A stretch of DNA of 64,000 bases from Parcubacteria group bacterium GW2011_GWA2_40_14 (GTDB lineage: Bacteria > Patescibacteriota > Minisyncoccia > Phycocordibacterales > DATDWN01), in contig LBYF01000001.1 of NCBI GenBank assembly GCA_000996025.1, positions 3,507-67,506 of the forward strand. The letters run 5' to 3'. Position 1 is the first letter of the stretch, and every line of letters starts with the position of its first letter. A program made the position numbers and the translations under genes. The notes beneath the pieces are model-generated. The model searched no databases. It was not told the origin of the DNA and saw only the letters and a list, made by a program, of their open reading frames with translations. Below, piece after piece: positions 26,970 through 36,100 of this stretch.

Positions 26970-29528
26970 ATGAAAACTACTCCGGAGTATCCTACTCTCG
27001 CTATTTCATCTGAACTTGATGAAGTTTTAAATTCGAAAACACCTGCGCATTTTGATATTTTGCGTAAGCAAACTGAAACACCTCTGATTAGAGGAGGTGA
27101 AAAAGCTTTTTTGCAAGCAGCCAGAGAAAATCAGCCGACAGATTTACCTATTCCTTCCGATGAGGGAATTGTTCATTTTGAAAATGTAACAGTTTCTTCC
27201 TCTCCAGATAAAAATCGCCCTGAAAAAGTAAAAAATACGGAAGAAAAGAAAGAGGAAAAATTTCTTTTGCCTTCGCAAATATTGTTATCTCTGGATGAGA
27301 TGATAAAGAGTGGTCGCCTATTAAAATTCTTGAGATTTAGTGTGGCCGATGCAACTTCAAGTGACGACGTTGAATATTTTTTATTCATTGCCTGTGAAAA
27401 GGGTGATATTACAGTAGAAGAAAAACGAGAGATGCTCGCTTTTTTGAAATCGGAGACAACAGTTTCCTCCATCAGTGAAAAAGTGAAAAATCCTCCGAAT
27501 GCTGAAGGGGATTTAAAAATAGAAGAAGTGGTTGGAGAGACTTTACCGGAGCAGATAGAGGACACTCTTAGAGAGGCGCGTTCAGAATACGCAACACAAC
27601 TTATTGCTTGGAAAAATGAAATTCGGCAGAAAAAAGGAAAATTTGCAAAAGTTCTAGCAGACCTGGGTGGAGAACGGTCTCTGCCAGACCAAGAAAAGCC
27701 CCAAGAATTGAAAGATGCAGAAGAAGCTTATCTGGTAGCTAAAAAGAAAAAGAGACAAGTAATGTTTAGTCAGAGTGAAACTATGGTTGGAATGGAAGGC
27801 GACTACCAGTTCAATATGGAAATGATAAAAGAAGCCGAGAATGAATACATTTCTCTGCAAAGAAAAATTACAGAGTCACTGCCTCCTTTGGAAAAAGGCA
27901 TTGTCACAAAGGCCTTTGAAAAATGGGCCAAACTTCCTATGCCTGCACGGGTTGCTCTTAGTACGGCATTGCTTACAGGTACTTCTGTTGCTATTGGTTC
28001 TTTGGCACTCGGCGGCGCAGCGGCATATGGCGGATATCGTCTGGCACGCGGACTTGCTGGCGCCAGTGTCTCACAAGGAGTTGGTAAATTGGTAGACGGT
28101 ATATTTAGAAAAGGAAATGAAAGAATGAAGAGTAATATACTAGAGCAATATGGTACCAATATATCAGAAGAAAATTTTGAAAAGAAAGAGAAAGAAATGA
28201 TGCGAGCATTTGAGAAAGAAGAAAACGCTATAAAACGTCAGCGTTTATACAAAGCGACCGCGATGATAACTTCCGGTGGATTTGCAGCAGGAGTGCTTGG
28301 TAAAATTTCTTCTTTACAGAGCGCTGTGAATGCGCCAACTGTCGGAGGAGGAGTTCGTCTGTCGGAAAATATTCCAAAATCTGGGGTAATTGTATCGGAA
28401 CCTACGCCTCCTCCTGTGCCTGGACCCATGCTTGGACCAAAGGTGGTGGCAGAATTGCCGACAACGAAAGTGGAGCTTTCTCCGCGTGGATTTATTCAAG
28501 ATTTTGAAAATCTAAAAGCCAAGCTTGTAGAACAATATGGCGGGACGGATAAAGTGCCTGGGCAATACGAGCATTTTGTCAAAACTCCGGCTGTGAAACT
28601 GGCACAAGAGTTTGGTTTTTACGATGCAGAAAAAAATATGAGTGGAATAGGACTGAAAGGTGAGAGTTTGATACTGGACACAAAAGGCAACCTGGTCTAT
28701 CACCAGCTGGATGGTTCTGACCACATCATGATGGATACAAATACAGGAAGCGTGGAAGAAAAATTCAGTGGGAAAATGTTTACAAAGGATATTTCCGAAG
28801 AAGCAACTGCAGATAACGTTTCAGTTGAAACCAAGCCACAATCTGAAGTTTCTGTTGAACCGGAAGTAGTAGAAAATGCTCCACAGGCAACCGAGGCAGA
28901 AAATGTTCCTGAGATAAGTGAACCTGTTTCAGAGTCTGAAATGCCTGCTGAACCTCACGGAGCTGTTGAAAGCACTCCTATGGAAGCGGAAGCTAGTGTC
29001 TCCGAACCTCAGATTTTAAGGCATTTTCCAAGAAGCTTTGAAGAAACATCCATTAGTACACCTTCTGGAGTAACTCTCCACTATGACATTTCAACTGGCA
29101 AGAGCATTCCTGAATCGCTTCTTCTCAATGAGGTAGAATTTGCCCGTCGCTATAACTCTGGCGGAGCTGAAATATGGAAACTGGATGATAAATTTCAGAA
29201 TGGGAATGAATACAAAAATGTGCGCGCACTTTTAGCCCAATCAACCGAAGACCCAAGATATGTAAAACAGTTGGGCCGAATTGTGATGTCTGTGCCGTTT
29301 GAAGATGGCAAAATCCATATTGTTCAGGGTGTAGGCGGAGGCAATCCGAATGAAGCGACAGTTCTTTTGAATGGCAAAGAAGTTGCTAGAGGCACTCTGA
29401 CCCAAACCGGCCCGAAAATAGAATTAATCAAGGGACTCAAAGGAGGATTGCTTTTCCCTGACACGGCTTACGAGCGAGCATTCAAAAAAGTTTTACCTGT
29501 TATTAAGACATTAAAAATGAGAGAATAA
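26970..29528 (+). CDS. Large hypothetical membrane protein (852 aa; acidic, two Gly/Ala-rich TM helices)
   Basis: The long ORF has no internal stops and TM segments at ARVALSTALLTGTSVAIGSLALGGAAAYGGY and ATAMITSGGFAAGVLG. No family was recognised. It lies between fusA and tuf. Confidence 0.6.
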   Translation: MKTTPEYPTLAISSELDEVLNSKTPAHFDILRKQTETPLIRGGEKAFLQAARENQPTDLPIPSDEGIVHFENVTVSSSPDKNRPEKVKNTEEKKEEKFLLPSQILLSLDEMIKSGRLLKFLRFSVADATSSDDVEYFLFIACEKGDITVEEKREMLAFLKSETTVSSISEKVKNPPNAEGDLKIEEVVGETLPEQIEDTLREARSEYATQLIAWKNEIRQKKGKFAKVLADLGGERSLPDQEKPQELKDAEEAYLVAKKKKRQVMFSQSETMVGMEGDYQFNMEMIKEAENEYISLQRKITESLPPLEKGIVTKAFEKWAKLPMPARVALSTALLTGTSVAIGSLALGGAAAYGGYRLARGLAGASVSQGVGKLVDGIFRKGNERMKSNILEQYGTNISEENFEKKEKEMMRAFEKEENAIKRQRLYKATAMITSGGFAAGVLGKISSLQSAVNAPTVGGGVRLSENIPKSGVIVSEPTPPPVPGPMLGPKVVAELPTTKVELSPRGFIQDFENLKAKLVEQYGGTDKVPGQYEHFVKTPAVKLAQEFGFYDAEKNMSGIGLKGESLILDTKGNLVYHQLDGSDHIMMDTNTGSVEEKFSGKMFTKDISEEATADNVSVETKPQSEVSVEPEVVENAPQATEAENVPEISEPVSESEMPAEPHGAVESTPMEAEASVSEPQILRHFPRSFEETSISTPSGVTLHYDISTGKSIPESLLLNEVEFARRYNSGGAEIWKLDDKFQNGNEYKNVRALLAQSTEDPRYVKQLGRIVMSVPFEDGKIHIVQGVGGGNPNEATVLLNGKEVARGTLTQTGPKIELIKGLKGGLLFPDTAYERAFKKVLPVIKTLKMRE

Positions 29529-29537
29529 ACATATTGT

Positions 29538-29837
29538 ATGAGCAACATTTTATCAAAGGATATAATAAAAGAATGGGGACTTGGTACTTTACCAGAAGCA
29601 AAACAATTGGAGATTGTAGAGCGTATGGGACGTCTCTTGTACCAGGCTTTACTTGTACGAGCTCTGGATATTCTCTCTGAAAAAGAGCAGGTGGAGTTTG
29701 ATTTGCTTTTGGACGAAGATACTACAACACCTCAAGATGTTTTAAAATTTCTGGAGTCAAAAATTCCAACATTTGACATTCTCCTTGCCGAAGAAAAACA
29801 AAAATTGAAAGAAGATTTACTTGTGCCCGTGGCGTAA
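29538..29837 (+). CDS. Hypothetical 99-aa protein, coupled to the preceding ORF by a 9-nt spacer
   Basis: This is an ORF-only call. The sequence is acidic and helical. Confidence 0.4.
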   Translation: MSNILSKDIIKEWGLGTLPEAKQLEIVERMGRLLYQALLVRALDILSEKEQVEFDLLLDEDTTTPQDVLKFLESKIPTFDILLAEEKQKLKEDLLVPVA

Positions 29838-29838
29838 T

Positions 29839-29867
29839 TTGACATTGGAAGTCATTTTGTATAGTAT
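29839..29867 (+). promoter_or_regulatory. Sigma70-type promoter for tuf (TTGACA - 17 nt - TAGTAT)
   Basis: The -35 and -10 hexamers and the spacing are a perfect consensus. Confidence 0.6.
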
Positions 29868-29940
29868 ATTAAACATCGCGTTTTCGTGATTTTTTAATTT
29901 TATAAACAATTTATTAAATAACCACACGCTTTCAGATTTG

Positions 29941-29993
29941 GATGCCGAGCACCAGAAAATTCATTGGTGCTTCGGCGCCAAATGTGGAAGCTC
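29941..29993 (+). promoter_or_regulatory. tuf 5' leader: hairpin (gccgagcacc...ggtgcttcggc) followed by the family-5 motif GCGCCAAATGTGGAAGCTC
   Basis: The motif is complementary to the tuf trailer motif at 31221-31240. Confidence 0.5.
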
Positions 29994-30016
29994 TGTGACT
30001 AACATACAAAAATACA

Positions 30017-31222
30017 ATGGCAGAATCAGCAAAATTTGATAGAAGCAAGCCCCACATCAATGTGGGTACTATTGGTCACGTTGACCACGGCAAGACTACA
30101 TTAACAGCAGCTATTTTGGCTGTGCTTGGAAGAGCTGGCGCGGGATATTCATCCAGACTAAAAGGAGTTGACCAAATCGACTCCGCACCTGAAGAAAAAG
30201 CTCGTGGAATCACCATCGCTTTATCCCACAACGAGTATGAGACACCTGCCCGTCACTATGCTCACGTGGATGCTCCTGGTCACGCCGACTATATTAAAAA
30301 CATGATTACTGGCGCCGCACAGATGGACGGCGCAGTCCTTGTGGTTGCCGCAACAGACGGTGTCATGCCTCAAACACGAGAGCATGTTCTCCTTGCAAAA
30401 CAAGTTGGTGTGCCAAAGATAATCGTATTTCTAAACAAATGCGATATGGTTCCAGACAAAGAGCTTATTGATTTGGTGGAGGAAGAAGTTCGAGAACTTC
30501 TAACAAAACAAGGTTTTGATGGCGCGGGAGCTCCTGTAATCCGAGGTTCAGGATTGAAAGCTCTTGAGTCAAAAGACAATACAGACGAATGGGCAATGAA
30601 AGTTCTGGACTTGGCTAGTGCATTGGACACATATTTCCCAATTCCACAGCGAGATTTGGACAAGCCATTCCTCATGCCAGTTGAAGACATTTTCTCTATT
30701 GAAGGACGAGGTACTGTAGTAACAGGCCGTATTGAAAGAGGCGTTGTTAAAGTTGGCGAGGAAATAGAATGTATTGGATTGAAAGACACACAGAAATATA
30801 CAGTTACTGGTATTGAAATGTTCAACAAGTCTCTTGACCAAGGTCAGGCAGGAGACAACGCTGGAATCTTGCTCCGTGGTGCCAAGAAAGAAGAAATTCA
30901 CCGAGGTCAGGTGCTGTCAAAGCCAAAGTCTGTTACTCCTCACACAGAATTTACAGCAGAGGTTTATATCTTGAAGAAAGAAGAAGGTGGACGACACACA
31001 CCTTTCTTTACTGGTTACAAACCGCAGTTTTACATCCGAACAACAGATGTTACAGGTGACGTTACTCTAAACGAAGGTGTTGAGATGGTCATGCCTGGAG
31101 ATACAGTCACTTTCAAAGTAAAGCTCGTTGCTCCGGTTGCGCTTGAAGACAATACGCGATTTGCTATACGCGAGGGAGGAAAGACTGTTGGCGCTGGGGT
31201 CGTTACCAAGATCATAGCGTAA
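30017..31222 (+). CDS. tuf: Elongation factor Tu
   Basis: The G1 motif [10 protein letters not shown] and the rest of the 401-aa ORF are canonical EF-Tu. Confidence 0.95.
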   Translation: MAESAKFDRSKPHINVGTIGHVDHGKTTLTAAILAVLGRAGAGYSSRLKGVDQIDSAPEEKARGITIALSHNEYETPARHYAHVDAPGHADYIKNMITGAAQMDGAVLVVAATDGVMPQTREHVLLAKQVGVPKIIVFLNKCDMVPDKELIDLVEEEVRELLTKQGFDGAGAPVIRGSGLKALESKDNTDEWAMKVLDLASALDTYFPIPQRDLDKPFLMPVEDIFSIEGRGTVVTGRIERGVVKVGEEIECIGLKDTQKYTVTGIEMFNKSLDQGQAGDNAGILLRGAKKEEIHRGQVLSKPKSVTPHTEFTAEVYILKKEEGGRHTPFFTGYKPQFYIRTTDVTGDVTLNEGVEMVMPGDTVTFKVKLVAPVALEDNTRFAIREGGKTVGAGVVTKIIA

Positions 31223-31340
31223 CTTCCAAATTCGGCGTACTGCGTTGTTGGACTTCAAAATTTGATTGTCACCGTACGACGAGTACGGCTCCAATCAAAT
31301 TCCTCGTCCGCCTAGCATCGCATCTAAATTTGAAAGTTAG
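31221..31340. repeat. Family-5 element after tuf (AACTTCCAAATTCGGCG ... GTCACCGTACGACGAGTACGGCTCC ... AAATTTGAAAGTT)
   Basis: It has CCAAAT-type terminal inverted repeats and a central hairpin, and there are about nine related copies. Confidence 0.7.
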
Positions 31341-31374
31341 AGATTACTTACTATTTAGTTTTCAAAAGTTATAA

Positions 31375-31405
31375 TAAAAAACTGCTCATGTGAGCAGTTT
31401 TTTGT
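31375..31405 (+). terminator. Rho-independent terminator downstream of tuf
   Basis: The sequence aaaaactgctcatgtgagcagttttttg has a 9-bp stem and a T-run. Confidence 0.65.
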
Positions 31406-31740
31406 ATTGACTTTTATTTTTCATCTTCTATTTTAAATCCGTCTGCAGGTTGACCTTCTTTTAATGCTCGTACCGCAGCTTCCAAAGCAAGCACACTCAT
31501 TTTATATTGGTCTTCCTTGGCTTTGTTAATTATAGATAGAATTTATTCTCCTAAAGCTTTTTTCTTTTCAATTTCTCCCACTTGTTCTGGTGGCATCTCC
31601 ATACTGGATGTTTCTTCACTCATGATTTTTTGTTATTTAATATGTCATCATTATAGCATGGGAAGTGATTTTGAGTTAATAACTTCACTACGATACCCCA
31701 TCATTTAGAGGCGGGGGTTTGTTTTGCCAAAAATTCATCT

Positions 31741-31805
31741 CTTACGATATCTCGTAATAAATACACCTATCATACGCTATAGCGTATGATAGGTGTATAG
31801 TGAAC
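31741..31805. repeat. Family-7 perfect palindromes (cttacgatatctcgtaa; atacacctatcatacgctatagcgtatgataggtgtat)
   Basis: The second palindrome is nearly identical to the copy at 40262. Confidence 0.6.
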
Positions 31806-31925
31806 TATTCATTTTAGGGTTACTATGTAGTTTTGTTTTTGTCAAAAATTTGCCAAAATTTAATTTAAAACTGATATAATTTAGTAAATGATTAATTTCA
31901 AAAAACTACTGAAAGAGAAAAGGGC

Positions 31926-32291
31926 TTGATATATAAAACTGTCGGAAAAGTTTATCGTCCTATTTTGAAAGAATATGTTACTTTTAATTCTAAAGGTTTT
32001 TATCACTTACGATACGATACTCACGAGAAAGCGAGAAGGGTGAAAGAACAAATATACAAATTTAATTTGCTTCCACTTATTATTCCCGCAATTAAAAACG
32101 CAAAAAATGTGTTTGATTATAAAAAAGAGCAGTATTCCAAACTCCTTGGCAAATATTACGAAATATGGGAACTTCGAGAAACTGTTGGAGGGAAAAACCC
32201 AACTTCGCTATCTGTGATTTTGAGAAGGATCGGGAACGGAAATATTACATTTCTTAGTGTGTATGACAGAAAACCAAAAATGAAAAAATAG
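31926..32291 (+). CDS. Hypothetical protein; the C-terminal half weakly resembles RelE/ParE-fold toxins
   Basis: YEIWELRETVGG...SVILRRIGNGNITFLSVYDRK echoes the RelE pattern (ELR..YRIIY..V.IL.IGHRK). The match is weak. Confidence 0.3.
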   Translation: MIYKTVGKVYRPILKEYVTFNSKGFYHLRYDTHEKARRVKEQIYKFNLLPLIIPAIKNAKNVFDYKKEQYSKLLGKYYEIWELRETVGGKNPTSLSVILRRIGNGNITFLSVYDRKPKMKK

Positions 32292-32435
32292 AAACAAAAA
32301 AGCCATCATGGGGATGGTATTTTTGTGACGTCCACTTTCGGCGTAGAGTAACCTCAAGCCGAATAAAGCTTGCGCTTGATGGACGCTAGAGGCAGTATAT
32401 ATGGAAAGGCATTAAAAGTCAATGAATGAATAAAT

Positions 32436-32464
32436 TTGACCCCATAACTATTCTCTGCTAGTAT
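32436..32464 (+). promoter_or_regulatory. Sigma70-type promoter for the S10 operon (TTGACC - 17 nt - TAGTAT)
   Basis: The hexamer spacing is exact, and the promoter lies 12 nt upstream of rpsJ. Confidence 0.55.
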
Positions 32465-32475
32465 CTTTCTTACAT

Positions 32476-32898
32476 ATGGTAACGAAAGAAGCTCCTACAA
32501 AGAAAGTGGCGGGAAAGACGGCGGTCAAAAAGACTGCGGCTAAAGTTGTTGCCAAACCTAAAGTTGCAAAGGCGCCCGCAAAGCAAGAAACAGTTTCCAA
32601 ACTGCGTATTCGGGTACAGGCCTACGAATACAAGATTCTTGATTTGTCAGTCAAGCAAATCATAGATACGGCTATTCGTTATGATGCTGTAGTGCAAGGA
32701 CCTATTCCTCTTCCGACAAATATAAAAAAATACACTGTCAATCGTTCGGCATTTATTTTTAAAAACGCCCGCGAGCAGTTTGAAATGCGAATTCACAAAC
32801 GACTGATTGATATTTTGAACCCTACTCCAAAGATAATGGAGGCACTGACGAATCTCTCACTTCCGAGTGGTGTAAATATTGATGTAAAAATTATTTAA
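32476..32898 (+). CDS. rpsJ: 30S ribosomal protein S10 with a 40-aa Lys/Ala-rich N-terminal extension
   Basis: The S10 core begins KLRIRVQAYEYKILD. The N-terminus KKVAGKTAVKKTAAKVVAKPKVAKAPAK is histone H1-like. Confidence 0.9.
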   Translation: MVTKEAPTKKVAGKTAVKKTAAKVVAKPKVAKAPAKQETVSKLRIRVQAYEYKILDLSVKQIIDTAIRYDAVVQGPIPLPTNIKKYTVNRSAFIFKNAREQFEMRIHKRLIDILNPTPKIMEALTNLSLPSGVNIDVKII

Positions 32899-33019
32899 CC
32901 GTATGGTTGAATAAAAAGCTGATATCTGCTAATGTATCTCAATCCCATTAGAACTAACGGATTTATAAAATCCTATTTCTAACGGGATAAATCGCCGTTA
33001 CGGCATTTTTATTTTTCTT

Positions 33020-33655
33020 ATGACTAAATTTATATTAGGCACAAAAATAAATATGACCCAAATCTTTGACGAGGCGGGGATTGTTCATCCAGTAACTGCC
33101 ATCAAGGCGGGACCGATGATTGTCACACAGGTTAAGTCTGAAAAAACAGATGGTTATTCTGCCATCCAAGTCGGTTTTGGCGCACGCAAAGCAAAAAATA
33201 TAAATAAACCTTTGAGAGGTCATATTAAAGATAATAATTTTATGTATCTTCGCGAATTTCGTACAGATGATACACAGGGTAACCCTGTGTATACTGTCGG
33301 CGATGCGATTGACATTTCCACTTTTTCTGAAGGTGATAAAGTTACTGTTTCCAGTATTTCAAAAGGCAAAGGTTTTCAAGGTGTTGTAAAGCGACACGGT
33401 TTTAAAGGGGGTCCTCGTTCACACGGACAAAAGCATTCCGAACGCGAGCCGGGCTCTATAGGTGGCGGTGGTCGTGACGGCGGACGTGTGGCAAAAGGAA
33501 AAAGAATGGCAGGTCGTATGGGCGGAGACAGAATCACTTCAAAAGGTTTGACGATAGTTTCTGTCAAACCAGAAACAGGCGAGCTTTTTATTCGTGGAGC
33601 GGTGCCGGGAAGAAGGGGAACATTAATAGAGATAAGAGATACGAGTAAAGAGTAA
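33020..33655 (+). CDS. rplC: 50S ribosomal protein L3
   Basis: MTKFILGTKINMTQIFDEAG begins a typical L3. The last 7 codons are encoded by the family-3 repeat arm. Confidence 0.9.
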   Translation: MTKFILGTKINMTQIFDEAGIVHPVTAIKAGPMIVTQVKSEKTDGYSAIQVGFGARKAKNINKPLRGHIKDNNFMYLREFRTDDTQGNPVYTVGDAIDISTFSEGDKVTVSSISKGKGFQGVVKRHGFKGGPRSHGQKHSEREPGSIGGGGRDGGRVAKGKRMAGRMGGDRITSKGLTIVSVKPETGELFIRGAVPGRRGTLIEIRDTSKE

Positions 33656-33710
33656 CGGATTTGAATTATTCGTAACTCGTATCTCGATACTCGTAACTCT
33701 ATTCAAAATT
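33640..33710. repeat. Family-3 palindromic repeat overlapping the rplC 3' end
   Basis: The arms are agagataagagatacgagtaaagagtaacg / cgtaactcgtatctcgatactcgtaactct, and the copy ends at the rplD ATG. Confidence 0.75.
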
Positions 33711-34427
33711 ATGGAAGGAACAATTTACAACCAAAAAGGAAAGGAATCAGGAAAAATCTCCCTGCCGGAAGCAGTTTTTGGTTTGAAGTGGAATGCCGAC
33801 CTTGTGCATCAGGTTGTTGTTTCTATGGAATCAAGCGCCCGTACACCTGTGGCTCATGCAAAAAACCGTGGGGATGTAAGAGGCGGAGGTAAAAAGCCAT
33901 GGAAGCAAAAAGGCACTGGTCGTGCTCGCCATGGTTCAATCCGTTCTCCCCTCTGGAGACATGGAGGTGTTACGCACGGCCCAACAAATCTGAAAAATTT
34001 TGATAGAAAAATAAACAAGAAAATGAAAGCCAAAGCGCTTTACACAATCCTTTCCAAAAAATTTAAAGATAATCAGGTAGTTTTTGTTGATAAGATTGAA
34101 TTTTCTTCTATAAAAACAAAATTTGCGAAAGAAGTGATGGATTCACTGTTTGATAAAGCTTCAAAAAAGAAAAACAATGCAATTCTTCTTACAATTCCAA
34201 AGAAAGATAAAAACGTGGAAAAAAGTTTCAGTAATTTTGGCAATCTAAAAGTGGATGAAATTCGAAACATTAGTCCGATTGATTTGATGAAATATAAATA
34301 TGTTGCTATCGTTGATCCAGAAAAAGGTCTACCACAAATTTCTAATAAAATCGAGGTAAGAGTAAAGAGTAAAGAGTTACGAAAAATCCAAAATTCAGAT
34401 TCTAAACTCGATACTCATAACTCGTAA
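33711..34427 (+). CDS. rplD: 50S ribosomal protein L4 with a repeat-encoded C-terminal tail
   Basis: The L4 core is followed by 25 aa (VRVKSKELRKIQNSDSKLDTHNS) encoded by a family-3 repeat. Confidence 0.9.
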   Translation: MEGTIYNQKGKESGKISLPEAVFGLKWNADLVHQVVVSMESSARTPVAHAKNRGDVRGGGKKPWKQKGTGRARHGSIRSPLWRHGGVTHGPTNLKNFDRKINKKMKAKALYTILSKKFKDNQVVFVDKIEFSSIKTKFAKEVMDSLFDKASKKKNNAILLTIPKKDKNVEKSFSNFGNLKVDEIRNISPIDLMKYKYVAIVDPEKGLPQISNKIEVRVKSKELRKIQNSDSKLDTHNS

Positions 34428-34438
34428 CTCTACCCAAT
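34355..34438. repeat. Family-3 palindromic repeat overlapping the rplD 3' end
   Basis: The copy reads gagtaaagagtaaagagttacg...cgatactcataactcgtaactct. Confidence 0.7.
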
Positions 34439-34717
34439 ATGAATGATCTGACACATATTTTAATAAGACCGCACATTACCGAGAAAGCAACAATATCGGC
34501 GGAGTCTTCAGTCTATGTTTTTGAAATAGATGCTCGTACCACAAAAGCTATAGTGAAAAAAGCATTTGTAGAAAAATACAAAATCACTCCGCTAAAAATC
34601 AGAACGGTTACTATTCCAGCCAAGCAAGTTTTTGTCCGAGGCAAGAGAGGGACAAAGGCCAGTTACAAAAAGGCCTACATTTATTTAAAGAAAGGAACTA
34701 AGGTAGAAAATTTATAG
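34439..34717 (+). CDS. rplW: 50S ribosomal protein L23
   Basis: The 92-aa ORF reads ...ITEKAT....VFEID. Confidence 0.85.
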   Translation: MNDLTHILIRPHITEKATISAESSVYVFEIDARTTKAIVKKAFVEKYKITPLKIRTVTIPAKQVFVRGKRGTKASYKKAYIYLKKGTKVENL

Positions 34718-34772
34718 GAATAATAAAGCCGCGCTAAAAGGACGGTTGCGCGACATGATTTCGCTAAATCAC

Positions 34773-35615
34773 ATGAAAAGATATAAACCAACAACAAAAT
34801 CCCGCCGACAAATGACAACTATTTCATTTGGGGATTTTGTGACAACAAACGAGCCGGAGAAATCGTTAACGCACGGTTTCCGAAGACAAATGGGACGAAA
34901 CCATCACGGCAAAGTAACAACTCGTCACAAAGGAGGTGGTCACAAAAGACTCTTCCGAGAGATTGATTTTAAATACGACAAAATAAATGTTCCGTACACT
35001 ATAAAAACAGTAGAGTATGACCCAAACCGCTCTGGCTTTATTGGCTTGGCACAGTATAAAGATGGTGAGAAAAGATACGTTCTTCTTCCTCGTGGAGTAA
35101 AAGTGGGCGATATCCTAGTGACTTCGGAGACAGCAGAAGTAAAAGTTGGAAACAGGCTACCTCTCCGTAACATCACTATCGGCACATTTGTTTACAATGT
35201 AGAAGTCAAGCCAAAAGGTGGCGCAAAAATGGCTCGTTCTGCAGGAAACTTTGTGGAGGTCATTGCAAAGGACGCCGGTTATGTGGACATCAAACTTCCT
35301 TCTACTGAAATCCGCAAAGTGTTGGACACAGCATGGGCATCAATTGGAGATGTTTCAAATCAGGAAAACCGACTGGTCAATCTCGGCAAAGCCGGCCGTT
35401 CACGATGGCTTGGCATACGCCCAACTGTTCGTGGTACGGCCATGAACCCAGTTGACCACCCACACGGAGGAGGTGAAGGTCGCCAAGGTCGCGGCCGCAG
35501 ACGAGCAATCTCCATCTACGGTAAGGGAACAGGAAAGGGTCAGAAGTCCCGAACTCCAAAGAAGTACTCCAATAAATTCATCGTCTCACGAAGAAAAGTT
35601 GGAAAAAGAAAGTAA
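34773..35615 (+). CDS. rplB: 50S ribosomal protein L2
   Basis: MKRYKPTTKSRRQMT...GGGHKR...HPHGGGEG are L2 signatures. The start was moved to the internal ATG. Confidence 0.9.
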   Translation: MKRYKPTTKSRRQMTTISFGDFVTTNEPEKSLTHGFRRQMGRNHHGKVTTRHKGGGHKRLFREIDFKYDKINVPYTIKTVEYDPNRSGFIGLAQYKDGEKRYVLLPRGVKVGDILVTSETAEVKVGNRLPLRNITIGTFVYNVEVKPKGGAKMARSAGNFVEVIAKDAGYVDIKLPSTEIRKVLDTAWASIGDVSNQENRLVNLGKAGRSRWLGIRPTVRGTAMNPVDHPHGGGEGRQGRGRRRAISIYGKGTGKGQKSRTPKKYSNKFIVSRRKVGKRK

Positions 35616-35644
35616 AAATGATATAGTTGGTTGAGGAGGGACAC

Positions 35645-35893
35645 ATGAGTCTAGAAGAGAGAGAGAGCTTAGAGACAATCGCCAGTCAATTAGGAAAAGA
35701 ATTGGTCGGAGTTATTCCGGGCGTTTGGGGCACCAGTCTTACTGCAAGGCCTGTAAAAGAGCCAGAGTTAAAGCTTAAAGTGATTTGTACCGAGGAAGCT
35801 AAACAAAAAGTTCTTCAAAAATACGGCGACGATAGTTACCGAGGTCATAAACTTTATTTTCAAATTTCAGAACAAGGTCCTCGATTTGCGTAA
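35645..35893 (+). CDS. Hypothetical 82-aa protein inserted between rplB and rpsS, with a strong SD (GAGGAGGG) and its own terminator
   Basis: This is an ORF call. It has an SD 6 nt upstream of the ATG and is followed by a GC hairpin plus T-run. No family was recognised. Confidence 0.5.
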   Translation: MSLEERESLETIASQLGKELVGVIPGVWGTSLTARPVKEPELKLKVICTEEAKQKVLQKYGDDSYRGHKLYFQISEQGPRFA

Positions 35894-35905
35894 CCATAAT
35901 TTTCT

Positions 35906-35936
35906 CCAGGGCGGTCCAGGCGACCGCCCTTTTTCA
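35906..35936 (+). terminator. Rho-independent terminator (gggcggtc caggc gaccgccc plus a T-run)
   Basis: The GC-rich stem is unusual in this AT-rich context. Confidence 0.7.
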
Positions 35937-35965
35937 TTTGACAATATATAGTATATTATATAGTA
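35937..35965 (+). promoter_or_regulatory. Internal sigma70-type promoter ahead of rpsS (TTGACA - 17 nt - TAGTAT)
   Basis: The hexamers and spacing are a perfect consensus, directly after the terminator. Confidence 0.55.
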
Positions 35966-36055
35966 TGTAGCCCAAGTAAAGAGCCCATTACCTCTTATAC
36001 GATTTGTTTGCGGTAGTCGACAGAATACCACTAACAAAGTGGTTTTTAATTTGTT

Positions 36056-36100
36056 TTTTTATTCGTATCCATTCGTGTTTTAATTCGTTATTTCGTATTT
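36056..36100. repeat. Family-1 repeat half-copy abutting the rpsS ATG
   Basis: The sequence is attcgtatccattcgtgttttaattcgttatttcgtatttATG. Confidence 0.65.
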
